A DNA stretch of 58,013 nucleotides, counting the filler, from Sphacelaria rigidula (lineage: Eukaryota), in NCBI GenBank assembly GCA_964200075.2. It is 8 parts of 8 records of this genome, joined end to end, with 100 filler letters (N's around TTAATTAATTAA, not from the genome) between each part and the next. Parts side by side here need not be neighbours in the genome. Positions count along the whole stretch, not along the records: positions 1 to 7,165 come from CAXNAA020016175.1; positions 7,266 to 14,430 come from CAXNAA020016176.1; 6 more parts are not named here. One strand, given 5' to 3'. The position numbers were made by a program, and so were the translations under genes. This document shows, piece by piece, positions 1-12,577 of this stretch. Position 1 is the first letter of the stretch; the number at the start of each line of letters is the position of its first letter. The notes below the pieces were generated by a model. That model was given only the letters and a program-made list of their open reading frames with translations, ran no database searches and was not told the origin of the DNA.

Positions 1-27
1 GGGGGGGGGGGGGGGGGGGGGGGGGGG

Positions 28-63
<36 letters not shown>
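1..63. repeat. poly(G) run at contig start
   Basis: About 63 nt of almost pure G. Confidence 0.95.
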
Positions 64-64
<1 letters not shown>

Positions 65-1284
65 GATTCGTGTGCGGCATACCGCTATTCGCGTACTCCT
101 GCGCTACATACATTCTGCCAGTGCGGTAAACACATAATATTCGCGAGCCCCTACTGGCACCAAAGTTGGTTGAACTTTCATTGAATATGAAAGGTGCAGG
201 TGATAGACCACAGCAGAGTGCCAGAAAGACACATTCACTCACATCTCAGGGCATCGAGCTGACATTACTAGCAAAACTATTTCACCCCATCAAATCCGAA
301 AAATCAGGCACACCAGTGATGCACACCCAAGGCAGCTTTTACTCACCAATCTGCTTATACGAACGCTCCTCCTGATCGCAATGGTCAGAACCCTCTCGTC
401 GACAAAAGCTCCGAAACCGTTGTGAAAGAAGCTTGGGCCTCCGGGGGAAAACCATCTCCCCCTAATACACGATTAATATTAAGGCGAATCGTCAAAAAAG
501 ATTGCGATTGTGCTGCAACAAAGCAATACTCAGAAATGACACAAAATTAATGTCCCAGAGAAGTGACGTGGTAGGTTAGCCCGACACACACACGCACAAA
601 CACGTGATGTGACCATGATCTCAAACATCTCGGGCAAAGTCAACACTCCGACACACGCGTACAATCCACACACCTGTATGTACTGTAGCAATTCTAGCCT
701 GGGCAACGTTCTACGATCGGCTGTTTCGAGTCTTTCGTACTACTTCCCTGCATGCCCTGAATCAATCTGATGACGGCTGATGTCGTGCACAAAAGATGGC
801 CATGGTAATCGATGCGGCACAAGAACTGGTTGAGTAGGGATCGATACCGATGGGTATATGCAGCTTGCACTCTTAGGCGCCTAAGCGTAGTCAACATTCA
901 GGCACACAAATACAATCCACACAGGCCTATGTAGCTGGACTAGTAGCACGCGATCTGATCCAGGCCATGTTTTTCAGCCAGCTTGTCCGAGACTCTCGCG
1001 GCAATTTCCTCCACGTCCTAAATCAAGCTGGCGATGGATTTTGCTGTGCAAAAAGGCTGGCTACTGTAGCGTTCTGATGCGGCACGAACATTTGTTGGGG
1101 AGGGATCGATTTCGATGGGTACGTGCAGCTTCCGTCTGCATCTGGTAACATGACTGGTAGTATCGCAAGCGAAAAATCGATTGATGGGATCATTTAAACC
1201 AGACGCAGCGGTGGCGTCTTATTTGGAATGAACTGTCAGAAGAAGTGGACGCGAATAACAGTAATGCGGATCTCCACGATTCCA

Positions 1285-2080
1285 GGATGTTACATCCGGA
1301 GCGGGTTAAGGCGAGCCTAGTCGTTCACGCAACGCAGTCAGCTATCGCCAAGACACTGATGAAACAGCTTTCATTCACACACTGATGAAACAGCTTTCAT
1401 TCACACACTGATGAAATATTTTAGAGTGACAGCCTACTCCGACATCATCGCGTCAACTATGCGAGCCAACCAAGGGCGAGGATACGGTCATCAACCGCCC
1501 ATTCCCGAACAGTGTAGAAGATGGCCTCTGGACAGCCGGTGTAACGAGACCGGGTGTGGCCAACGCTGCTCGGGGACTGGCGTGTCGCTCGCTCGACCCG
1601 TGCGAGAGTTGAAAGGGGGTTTTGAATTTTTGAAGATTAAAGTTGGGATTTTTGAAGTTATTTCGCCGAAAACATACAAGGGAAGTGAGAACCAATTCCG
1701 AAAGGGGGGGGCAACGATGTTGTCGGTGTACCCAGATGCAGACCACGCGAAGAGGGAAACTCTAGTGTTTAGATATGTAGCAGTATCTGTCGCTAGTCAT
1801 GCACGGAACTGTGTGCCTTTGTCGATCGACGGGATGGAGTATATCGCGATAACCTAGGGGATCAAGGAAGGGATGTTTGTAAGAATATTGCCGTCGTTTT
1901 TAGTCCAACAGGTGTACCGAAGGACGGACAATAATACGGCATCAAAATGTGCAAGATCAACGAGGAGGAGCGCGCTCTGCATGAAAACCTCCTTATCTCT
2001 GGCCACAGAAAACACCTTGACGTCGACGTGTACTTTTTCGAGAAGCGGTTACGATGGAAGGGATCAAGATAATTTTCACT
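1285..2080 (+). mobile_element. Decayed Ty1/copia RT C-terminus and RNase H
   Basis: Manual translation across stops and frameshifts gives copia motifs in order: TQSAIAKTLMKYFRVTAYSDIIAS, LWTAGVTRPGVANAARGLACRSLDPCES*KGVL, LSVYPDADHAKRET, CVPLSIDGMEYIAIT*GIKEGMFVR, ENLLISGHRKHLDVDVYF. Confidence 0.85.
1353..1416 (+). repeat. 26-bp tandem repeat (about 2.5 copies) interrupting the copia RT frame
   Basis: ACACTGATGAAACAGCTTTCATTCAC x2 followed by ACACTGATGAAA. Confidence 0.9.
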
Positions 2081-2139
2081 TGAGTCGATATATCAGATGC
2101 CGGTATCCCGACGAAGTCTCTTACAGCTCCACTGTAATG

Positions 2140-5100
2140 CGCTGATGAACCTGGCGGATGGCCTCGGTGATGAGCCCATACGCATCAGTGTTTCAGCTGA
2201 ACACATATTTTGTGGTGATCGCACGTGCACCCTGCGATATTTCATTTTTCGACAATATCCCTGCCGTTTCATTCCTATTCAACTCTGCACGTGTATCACT
2301 CGCGTACACCTCACGGTATTGACAAAATACCTCATCCTGGAGAATCAGAGGAGCACTCTGTACATGAACAACACGCTTGCCAATCGGGGAACGACACCCA
2401 TACTCGGACTCTCCTAATTACGTTGTGCCGTCCTCGATGAAGTCGTCGCCGGTGAAGGCGAAAGCCTTCGACTATTTGAACTCCCTCTTGGTCATAATCG
2501 TGGCTTCGGCTTACCTTCGGACCCGCTGCATTATTATCATCCCTAACCCGTTGCATGTGCCCTCCGCTAGTGCTAGCAGCGGTTCTCTCATCTCTGTCGT
2601 CGCCATCGTCGATTGACTGAGTTTATGACTGAGAGTGAGCGCTGCCCTACTATGCGCCCCACTACCATAACGTTCTGCGCGTATCAGGCATCGTGGCGCG
2701 TGGATCCTGATGTCAGTTGAGGTTGCTCTTCCCTCCCCACAAAACGATGCCGCTTCATACTTCTGGGTCCTGTCGCGTCTCCACTCGCCCCGCTGTTTTG
2801 CGCTGGTGAGAGTAAGGAAGAAGAAACTAGTGACACTGACTCACCATCGCCCAACCTTCCACGGGCCTTGCCATCCCCTTTGCCAGTCGACGGTGATGAC
2901 CTCGCAGCTCCCTCTTGCAAATGGGGATCTGCCAAAACGATCCGCCGCCTCCGCTAGCAGCGAAGTTATGCTATATCACCCCGCCCCTCCCATCCCCGCC
3001 AGGCGCGGTATGCATCCCGTGAGACATCCACGTAGACTTTTTACCTCCCTTATGCCTATCGCTACCATCATCTTCGCTGTCCGCTACTGGTCTGAAAACC
3101 GCTTGCTGTGCGGTAGCGGAGAAGGCAGTAGGCACACGAGCCCATGTAACATGCCGTGTCGTGGTCACTGAACCATAACAGTTTTGCATCCACGGTGCAT
3201 CGCACGGGAACTCCGGGGCAGGGCTGGGAAAATACCACCTCACTAGCCTCGGCTTCAACTCGTTGGCGCACTTCACCCTACAGAGTTCTGGCTCTAGGAA
3301 AGGCGATGGACTGACTCTTGTCCGCCGGCGACCGATGCCACAACTCATGCGGTGACTCTTGGTCAGCGGCAGTCGAGGTGGCGGTGTAATTCAAAATATG
3401 GAAGACCCAGTTAGCCTTCTCAGCTCATAGATCTTCATCGCCCGGAACTTGTCGATTCGAATATGATGAGATTTTCTCAATTCTGGCCGCGAGACCTGCT
3501 GCCTCGGCATTACCGATCACGCGCTCTGCAACGTTGTTGAACCGCAAAGATGCAGCAGTCGTCTGCTCTTGCCTGGTTGCCAATTCCTGCAGAGATCACG
3601 AAATGCGCCCTGTATGAATGTATCGTCGTCATTACTTCGCACAATCTTTGCCTCACGAGGGGCGACGTCCACGAAGTATTTGGTGGACTGTTCTTCATTC
3701 TCGACGACGCCTCACCTGTTTGGCCATTCCTTGGTCTTGGGATGATTCGCCGGAGCCCTTCCGCCTCTGAGCACCTGTGGTACGACTCCGAGGTTCTCTT
3801 CGGATCCACTTCGACCTAATTTTTAATTTTTTCGCGCAAGTAGACATTGGAACCGGGATATCGTTGATGTCCACCATTTTAAGGCTTGGGGGAAACCCTC
3901 GTGGGCGTTCACAGCGTATGCATTTGCACAGTTAGTGTGGGTGTGCTGCCTCTAGAGTCGATCGACAGGATTACGAACAGGGTGTCGACCAATGCACGAA
4001 AATTCATTTGTACCATCCCACGGAAACCGATGAATGTATTTCTGCATCAATAATGAACCCAGACATGAAGATGCTGACGTATCTCAGGTACAATATCTGC
4101 GCTCTTCTTGATAACCACAACCGTCTGTCCATCATATCGATAGGCCAGTGTCAAGCTACCAGTCCCGGCGATCGGGTGAGTGCAACTGCCAGCCCACCGC
4201 AGAGCACTACATGTGCATTCTTCGTAGTTGGCCACCTGACTAGAATTGGATGGGAAATGCTGTGTAGCCCCCGCGTCCGACAGCCACGATTCACCCCACA
4301 CAGGCTTCTTAGGGATGCGAGGTCAATGGTCATATGGCTGTGGCATGCAAGATCATGCGTACACCCCACACTTGCTGTTCTACCCCCGCCTCACCGATCG
4401 AAGTCAGACACTCTTGCCTGTAACTCAGTGGGGGTATCTAGATTGGCGAATGCTTCCCTGTCTGCCTCGGAATCCACAGGAACATTATAAACAGCACCTG
4501 CCCTCCAGATTGCGGTCGCTACCATGACCATGTTCCCATCCTCATCCTTCTCGCCTTCTTAACATCCGAACACTTGGCATCCTGTGCCCCTGTTTACGGC
4601 ATTCTATGCAACGCGGCTGGGGGCACTTTCGTGCGTGGTGTGTCACCCCGCTGTTTCTTGCTTCTACATTGGTCATCGAACTTGCTGATCCCGAGACGCC
4701 GCCCCTGAGCCACTTCCGTCCTGGACGTGGCCACTGCCATTTCCGTGGCCTGACCCCTGTGCGGCCCGGTGTTTGTGGGTCGACGAGAGCCGCTGGACCT
4801 ACCGGGTTAAGCATCTTCGACAAGGACCTGGCCGCTTGGAGGCAGGTTCTCGCCACTCCTTGAATGGGGAAGACTCGTGGGGATCTCTCACGGTGGTAGC
4901 AATGGCCTCGCGTTAGAAAGCACCCTCCACGCCCTCCAGCATTTGCCCCTGGATGCCATACTTGGTAGGCAAGGTCACGGTTTTTGTCCCTTAAAAGCCG
5001 AAAATCGTTTCGGTGGCGGAAACCTTCGCGTCCTCGAAACGATCGGACAACGTGTTCAATTTCTTCCAACTTCTGGACAGGTCAGTCTTCAACGAGAACC

Positions 5101-5330
5101 CGCATATTTTCAGGCTTATCTGACAACGCCAGTTTTTCCCCTCGGGATTTGGAACCGGGCATTTCGAACAGCGTACGACATCGAGCACCACGACAGCTGC
5201 TCCAAAAAAGTACATCCGAGCGCACAAAAGGTGGTACGGAGTCAACATGACTACAGCCGTATATGTAGTATGAGCAGAATAGCCTTGTCGGGACCTCTCG
5301 AGAGATATACGCGCACAGAGAGGTGACCGC
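2140..5330 (-). mobile_element. Decayed Ty1/copia gag, integrase and RT N-terminus
   Basis: gag with zinc-knuckle-like HHARKCPQPRCIECRKQGH (ORF 4542-5069). Integrase remnant at ~3190-3600 reads RQEQTTAASLRFNNVAERVIG...DL*AEKANWVFHILNYTAT...SPHELWH...PFLEPELCRVK. RT start at ~2150-2260 reads EISQGARAITTKYVFS*NTDAYGLITEA. INT-before-RT order is copia. Confidence 0.85.
4303..4367 (-). repeat. ~110-bp interspersed element, partial copy
   Basis: TAGGGATGCGAGGTCAATGGTCATATGGCTGTGGCATGCAAGATCATGCGTACACCCC matches the family consensus; inserted inside the copia remnant. Confidence 0.85.
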
Positions 5331-6004
5331 TCGCGAAAGCAGCGACGAACGATGCCTATCTCTACCTCGTTCTACTGCATAAGATCGTTTCCATCGCTGT
5401 GCCGTTCGTGTCCCTGGTAAGTTTGTAAGAGTCGACAAAATAATATCTCGAGTTCCGCGAGAAAACACAACGTGGCAGAAGTCCGACATTGAGGCTAGTG
5501 TGTGTCCGCGCCAACAGCCGATCCCATTGGTGAACGCGGGCTTGTTGAGGTGTGAGCCCACTTTGGCAGCGGTTCCGCTCGAAAAATAACCACAAATACC
5601 GCCAGGTCAGCTTCGAGTGGGTCAGTCATCGTACACAACATGAGATCATTCGATGCATGATCGAAAGACCGGCCGCGTAGGACTGTGTTACATCGTTGTC
5701 CACACAAGTACCACCAAGGAGGGGTGGGTGCTCGGGCACGGTTGCTTGATGTTACCACCCCCATTGCATGATGTACATTGTGTGCTGCCGTGCAACATAG
5801 CTGGGTTTATGGCGGATGGTTCACGTGCGACAATCAACCAATCAATCGACCAATCAATCGACAGCGCACAAACTCGGAGTTGTCGCTCGGAAGGAAATCT
5901 TACGAGGAAGATGCAGTGGCCGAACCTACGGGTCGAACGTTCTTGCGTCTACATGTTAAGTGACGCACCTGACACCGGTACGTGCACCTGAGGGGAGGAT
6001 GCAA

Positions 6005-6430
6005 GCTAGCAGGAAGAAAGCCAGAGAGCAAATAGTACACGAAGGATGAGAGCCGGGAACTGCTACGGCACAGGGGTCCCATTTGTGAGAGATGGAAACG
6101 GTACACCTCGAAATTGTACACCTCTACTTTGCTGAAGACAGCATCGGCAACAAACGATCCATCCGTCATCGAGAGCACTACGCCGCGCCCGAGATTTATT
6201 TCACTCGGAGCCCCATCAATCCTGGACGAAACGAAACAGCATGAGAGTTATTGGCTATAGGAAAAGCGCTTACACCAGATGGGCTGCACCCTGGGTTACT
6301 GAAGCTTGGGTCGGTCGAGGGCTGGCCAATTTTGAATGGAATCATTACACACGCCATTCCTTTATGACGGAGCGTCTAGATGTGCAGGGCGATTCCTTTC
6401 TCGTGCTGACCTGTACAGCAGCCTAGAAGG
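6005..6430 (+). mobile_element. Decayed non-LTR retrotransposon (RTE-like LINE) fragment just N-terminal to RT
   Basis: Translates across frameshifts to SRELLRHRGPICERWKRY...LLKTASATNDPSVIESTTPRPRFISLGAPSILDETK...KALTPDGL, which resembles the LINE linker (LLRD..I.ERW..F..LLN) and the KA.GPDG motif. Confidence 0.7.
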
Positions 6431-6744
6431 GCACCCTTCGATACAATGCACCAACTATCGGTTGGCTGGTGGTCCATCTGCCTCCAGCAGCTGCTGACAA
6501 TGCAATGCCGTGTGCACTCCCCCTTCGATCGCGCGCAATATAGCAGTGGGAAGAATGAAAGAGACTTGTGCTCGCAGGTACGTTATCAGTGGAATTAATT
6601 CCCTCGCAAAAGCGCGGTCATAAGCAATGATCATAGACCTACGTCACGCGCTTGATTTGTTTTTTATGTCAAGCCTGAATTCATGGCCTAGGATTAGGTT
6701 CCCCAGGCCCCTACGCGTGATGTTCTATGCATGGGGGAGGTTCG

Positions 6745-6856
6745 AGTGTAGTCGTGATCTTACATGCCGAAGTCGTATGACCATTGGCATCTCATCCCTA
6801 CAAAGCCGGTACGGGGCACGCCGGTTTTCGCGGGACAATGCTCGAAATCAATCACC
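6745..6856 (+). repeat. ~110-bp interspersed element, full-length diverged copy
   Basis: GTGTAGTCGTGATCTTACATGCCGAAGTCGTATGACCATTGGCATCTCATCCCTACAAAGCCGGTACGGGGCACGCCGGTTTTCGCGGGACAATGCTCGAAATCAATCACC. Confidence 0.9.
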
Positions 6857-7106
6857 AAGCGCGAAGCGCGGTAGCGTGTTCAGGGAGTCGCATGAGGGGT
6901 GAGCTGCATCCTGCCAAGATTGTTCGGCCCGAGGCGTACTGGTTATCTTGAATTTGGATGACAGCCTTCAACGAGTTGCTTCTTTTTTTGGTATCGCAAG
7001 TTCCAGAGACAGTCATAGGTTCGCCTCCTGGGGTGTCTCACCATGGGGGGCCACCATGGGGGGGTGAAGGGTGGAGTTGGGAGTTGGTGAAGGGCGGAGA
7101 GGAGAT

Positions 7107-7165
7107 GGGGGGTGTACTCATGATCATGCTTGCCATAGTCATCAGACCATTGACCTCGCATCCCT
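7107..7165 (+). repeat. ~110-bp interspersed element, cut by contig end
   Basis: GGGGGGTGTACTCATGATCATGCTTGCCATAGTCATCAGACCATTGACCTCGCATCCCT. Confidence 0.9.
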
Positions 7166-7265
7166 NNNNNNNNNNNNNNNNNNNNNNNNNNNNNNNNNNN
7201 NNNNNNNNNTTAATTAATTAANNNNNNNNNNNNNNNNNNNNNNNNNNNNNNNNNNNNNNNNNNNN
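7166..7265. other. Artificial contig linker; identical linkers at 14431-14530, 21696-21795, 28960-29059, 36224-36323, 43488-43587, 50751-50850
   Basis: 44 N + TTAATTAATTAA (stops in all six frames) + 44 N, repeated 7 times. Confidence 0.99.
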
Positions 7266-7321
7266 TCTCTTTTTTTCTTCCTCTCCCCCCTCCCCCTCCT
7301 CTCCCTCCCCCCGCCGCCGCG

Positions 7322-7357
<36 letters not shown>
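7266..7357. repeat. C-rich / poly(C) low-complexity tract
   Basis: Pyrimidine tract ending in a run of about 35 C. Confidence 0.9.
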
Positions 7358-7360
<3 letters not shown>

Positions 7361-9296
7361 ACCCACCATGACTGGCGCGTACCGCATCTTGAATTCTAAG
7401 GGTTGTCATAAACGCGGAATATTTAGTCATGAAGCATCACTGTCAGGGGGTTTGTCACACTGTCCATCAAGATGTGTCACAAACGCCGGAAATCTGAACG
7501 GGCGGCAGTTTTCACAGTTTGAGCTCAGCGCCGAGAGCGTGGCAAGGGGAAGGGGGAAAGTCGGGGCGGGTATTCCAGTAATGTATGCTTGCAAGGGGCC
7601 CTCGCATTTGAGTGTTGCATGTGATAATCTGTATTGTAAGTGTTGGTGCTTGTTGGTGTCTGCTACTGTTGTCCTTTCCGTTGCGATGTTGCTTACGTGG
7701 TGTCTTTGCGTGCGAAGGACACACGCCAACGCAGGCAACTGTCGCACGAGATAGCTCCATAATTTCAGAGACTCGCGTGTGTGTCCGTGAAACACGACGG
7801 AAGAGTGCCTCCGTGTTCGACCGCACGTCATGTATACAGCAGGTCGTACCGTAATACAGCACTGCACACCCGAAAAGCCGGTATGTAATTTTATTGTGCA
7901 CACCCCGAGGCTGCGGCACAGCGGACGAAAAAACGAAAATATTGTACTGGACCGCACCGCACTGAACTGCGCAGAAACCGTTCGGAACATCGGATGTCCT
8001 GTTGTACTTCAAACTGGCTGTAATGTATAGTAGGGCCAAATAAATCACCAACGTCACACTGACTCTTCAAGGAGGCGACACGCACCAGCATCATCTGCAA
8101 ATCGTCTTGTTATTCTCCTGTTGCGACCTCGCTGTTGCGAACAGCTCGAAACCTCGCGCTCTTCGACTCTCGAGTAGGTAAACCGTCACAAGCAGACAGT
8201 AGCTCGACTTCATGGTCGTATTCCCCAGCTCTTTAACAAAGCACAGCAAGTCAGGTGGACAACAGTGTCTGTTGCTCTCCACTTCAGAACCGTATTTGCA
8301 TTCCATCGTCCGATCACATGAATAATGAACGTGGGAGCAAAGTACCTGGGGCCTGGGGCTGTAACAGAAGAAAACGTTCGTTGCAGTTTGACAGTGGCAG
8401 GTGTAAAGTGTGAAAGTGTGCCCTCTCGCCCCCCCTGTTCCGATTGCCCCCACTCGATATGGATGTTCTATCTCAATATCGGTGCAGGGCGAAATCGTGT
8501 TGTGTTCGGTGAGAAATATTCCGCAACCAATGTCATCGTATGTCCCGCCCGAGAGATGACTTCCGCATTCGGTTTGAATAGGCTGGGGTGGGGGGCGGGG
8601 GAGGGGGGCTTGCACGGCTTTTCGATGTAATGGTGGTGTCAACCATAGCAGTGCAGACGATGAACTGGCCGTCAAATTCGTACATTCTCGGAGAAACACA
8701 TGACGTGTCCGCTCTCTTCGGCAATGCCGCTGTGCGACCGCAGTGTCCACGACAGAGTTCAGCTTGCCCGGTGCCATGCGCGGGGTTTGGTTGTGTAGAG
8801 TCCTGGAATATGTGGTGACTCTTGGAAGATACCCGCATTTCTTGAGCGCTGTTAGCGTGGTGGGGTGTCTACAAGTACACGCAAAGTAAGACGTTTTGAC
8901 AGACAGCCCTTGTTGGTGAGCGAACGCTAGTTCTTGCCTTTTTCTCCGTGGTCTTTTTGTCCACACCCTAGGTGAACCTTTTCCCCGCACAATCGATTGC
9001 GATTGTCCTACGAATCATTACCACGTGCTTCGTTTTTTCGTGGGTGCTGTATCGAACTGTTTCGCCTTACTGTAGCATGGGCAGGTATCTCGAACTCGAG
9101 GTTGCTGGTACATTTTGCCACACCCTGCACTATAAATTTCGTAGTCAAAAAGTTTACTGGGCGCAGTACAGTATCGACTTTTGCGCCTACTGGGGTAGGC
9201 TATAGATTCCATACTGTAGTGGTACATTATTTTACAAAAAAGTTATCTGCTGTCCAAGCTGTGCGTTTCACAGTAATTTGTTGTCGCATACATCGA

Positions 9297-9525
9297 GAGC
9301 CTCGAGTTGAGAAATTTTCATCACTGACTGGAGACATCTCAAACTCGAGATTCCCGGTATATTTCGCAGTCAGTAATTTTCAGTCAAATATGTCGGGCAT
9401 GCACGAAGAGCCTCGAGTTCAAGATTCTTGTAGTTTTTTATTGGAGGCATCTCAAACTCGAAATTCCCGGTGTATTTCGCAGACAATAATTTACAAATAT
9501 GTCGGGAACGTCGAGTTGAGATATT
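9297..9525. repeat. ~110-bp tandem duplication with internal inverted CTCGAGTTGAGA / TCTCAAACTCGAG motifs
   Basis: GAGCCTCGAGTT...GGAG(A/G)CATCTCAAACTCGA..TTCCCGGT.TATTTCGCAG...CAAATATGTCGGG occurs twice; a further related motif at ~9085. Confidence 0.75.
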
Positions 9526-12500
9526 ATCTATCAATTTCTCCCGACTGCATAACTGTACAAGGCTTCAAATGGTAGCTACTGTACTAGGACATGTTCAATG
9601 ATGTTCCGCCGGGTGTCCAGGTGTGGTCAATGCCCCCAAAGCCCGATTGCCTGCACAGCCAGCGCAACAGCGTACGGTCCTCGTCTCAATAAGATCAAGG
9701 GAGCAAAAAAACGACGTGTCCAGCAAAACTACTGGCAATCTGCAATTTCATCATGCCCACGCCATGAATACCCCGATTTTTTTTCAACTGCAAGATTAAC
9801 CCTAACCCCAGCACATACCAAGAACCCTTGAACGGGGGGGGAGGGCGCGTATATCAGTATGGCGTCTTCGTTGATCATGCTCGCGTAACAACATCGGTTT
9901 TGGCGGAAACCCGTCCTGCCTATGCCGGCGGGCACCTTGGACTGTCCGCCCTCAAAAGATCCGAATGTTTTGGGTCTAATCTCCAACCAAGTGTACTGCT
10001 CAACCATGGAAAAGTAGACCAGCTCGCATTAAGGATGACGGGGGTTTTCGGATGAATCATGATCATACACCCATCTTTACCCGCCATTATTGTTCATATT
10101 TCTTGAGTTGGTGGAAACACAAGTTCATGGTTTTTTTCTTCGACGTTGTTTTTGCACTTCCATTCTTCAATGCATGGAAGAGACAGACGCACGTCGATCG
10201 ATAAAGCCGCAACGAGGTCGTTACTGGGAGAAAGCCTCACAAATATGATTAACTGGAGTGTTGGGGTGTTTCGTTCGTTCAATTCACTCTCTTCGCCATC
10301 GCCCACTTCGCCGCAGTCAAAGCTTATGCATTTCAAACCCCGAATGTTGTGTTCCCCCCGTCTGCCCTGTTTAAACCATAATTGTCGCAGATGGATGAAA
10401 GACGTGACTAGAAATCGCAGGCATGTCGTTCAAGAGTGCTACACTATTTTTAGATTCGGGCTCGAAATTTCCACGCCTCGTTTCTCAACAGCAGTTCTGT
10501 ATGGCAGTTTCGTGCCTCGCCAGCGCGGTGCTTACTTGACCTGTACTGTTGTAGAGTCGTAGAGTCTGCACCACTCCCTGCTTGGGGGCAAAAAAGTCTG
10601 TCGTAGCTGTCTTCTGTCTTGACTTTGAGTACTTGGGCTGGAGTTGGCTATTTTCGCGTCAAAGTCGCTTCTTAAGAGCTGCGTACTGCAAAGATGAAGC
10701 ATGACGAGGGAAACATGGGTTGACGTTTACCCTTCCTTGGCCAACATATCGCGGTTGAATAGACACTGCTCGTTTTGGCGAACTGGAAAGCTAACTCTGA
10801 TCCGAGGCAGCATGAGAACCGTCGGGCAGATCGAGTTCTCAAGGTGCCCTATGCAAAGTGTGCGTTGGCAGAGCTTGAATCGGCGCCTGCGGCGCCTGTT
10901 CCAGCAACACGACGTGGTGGTCTATCCTAGAGTCAACCGCCAACCATTCGAGTACATGACGCCTATCTACGTACATCATGTATACCCCATGACATACAAA
11001 TACAGCAGTAGACGGCATGATGAAAATCATGCTTTGTCAACTTTTTTGTGTCCGTGTTTGAAGTGAAAACTCAAAACATCCCTTTTCGTTGTGAAGAACC
11101 TCAACGTGACGTACTGTACTCCCAGAAGCCGCAGTGACCAATTGCAGTGTGGCGTTGTCCGACACACGGCGATCTCCGCTGCCGTAGACTCTGCCCCAGT
11201 CCAATATTCTCAGAATATTTTACTCATTTCGAGCGCTACGCTCTTCACGTGCACCCGGCGTTAGCCATGATTAATTAGCGCCGATGGATGAGGGGTGGTG
11301 GTAAACTCACACACTGCCCTGCTGCGCATTCGCTAACGAACGTGTCTAGATCGGGCTTGAAATTTCCTCACGTATTTCGGATTCGTCCTTGTACAAGGGC
11401 ATGGCGGTTCAATCGCGGTGCTATGCTCTTGTTCCCTGTGAAATCCTATCCAATTTGGGGGGGTACTCGCCCGAGTTGTGTCCACGTATCTCGCGTCGGG
11501 CCCACGAGTATAATTGTACGCAGCGTTACGATACCTCGTTTATGTGTTGAGCCCCCCGACTCGGCAGCTTGATTAGACTGCATTTCCCCCCTAGAATTTT
11601 CCTGTGTACCTCTGGCATGAAGTGAAGTAAAGTTCTCGGGAGGCAACGTTAGCGCAGAAGTGTGAGCTGAGTTCTTCATGCGAAGTAAAAACCCCGCCAG
11701 ACGAGAACGCTCGAGGCTGGCGCGGGGGACACCTGACGTTCCACATAAAGGGCTTGCTCCCATGGTCCTCTCGCGCGAGCGATTCAACCACGATTGAAGA
11801 GATATGTGGTTCGATTTTCTAAGAAAGTCCGTGCACCAAGTGTCAGCTAGGAAGTAGAGTGTGTCGGGAAAGTGTTTTCTGGTGAGTATTTTCTGCACGG
11901 TGGGTGGTGGGATTCCCTTGGGCTGTCTCGCAGCGATCCCAGTCGTGTCGAGGCTGCCGCGTAAGTTTTCAGGAACTCTCCGCGCCAAGCAAGCTCGGAG
12001 CACGAGAAGCGCCTGTGGCAAGATCCTATGCCTTGGTGTTGTTATGATCTGTTGTAGAAGGTCGACGTGGCAAAACGCCGATGAGGGTTTTTCTCAAAAA
12101 TTATTCAAATCAGTCTGTTTTTGGCGCAAAACTCAAGGTGTTGATGAGATCTACAATACCTGTTCGGTGACCTCAGTACAGTACACCAGTGGAATACTGT
12201 AGTGCTTGCTCATTCATGTGCCACATATTAAGAGAGGGAGTGAGAGAGACGAAGTTGGTATTGAAACCACCTCAACAACTCTTGAGCCGCCAAATTAGGT
12301 CGACGCTTCGTGCGCTTGATCTCCATGGTGCGTTACCCGGCACGCGAGCATACCCTGACACGAGCTCTGACCTCCGCTAAAATCAGCAAAGGCTGTTTTT
12401 CCATACGAGGTTGGGGAGGCGCCGCACGTCAACCATTCCTGACAACGATGTTTGGCGTTTCATCCAAGGTGCTGATGATGCCTCGTGCATAAGCCCTTCT

Positions 12501-12577
12501 TTTCCATGAAATGGTCCTGTCAGGGGTGCGACGACTAACATGGAGCCAGCCTCTTGTGCAATTGCAGCCAGTTTTTT

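Noticed and set aside
1356..1416. CTGATGA...GAAAC hammerhead-like motif
   Set aside because: Arises from the tandem duplication in copia RT; stems I-III cannot be formed convincingly.
7210..7221. Regularly spaced TTAATTAATTAA motif every ~7.26 kb
   Set aside because: Synthetic contig spacer embedded in Ns; not biological.
8091..8990. 299-aa minus-strand ORF
   Set aside because: No recognisable motif, non-ATG start, and it crosses low-complexity sequence; not supportable as a gene.
9729..10336. Possible beta-propeller-like pseudogene on the minus strand
   Set aside because: Only a vague resemblance (LSPSNDLVAALSID); no repeat periodicity or splice structure could be established.
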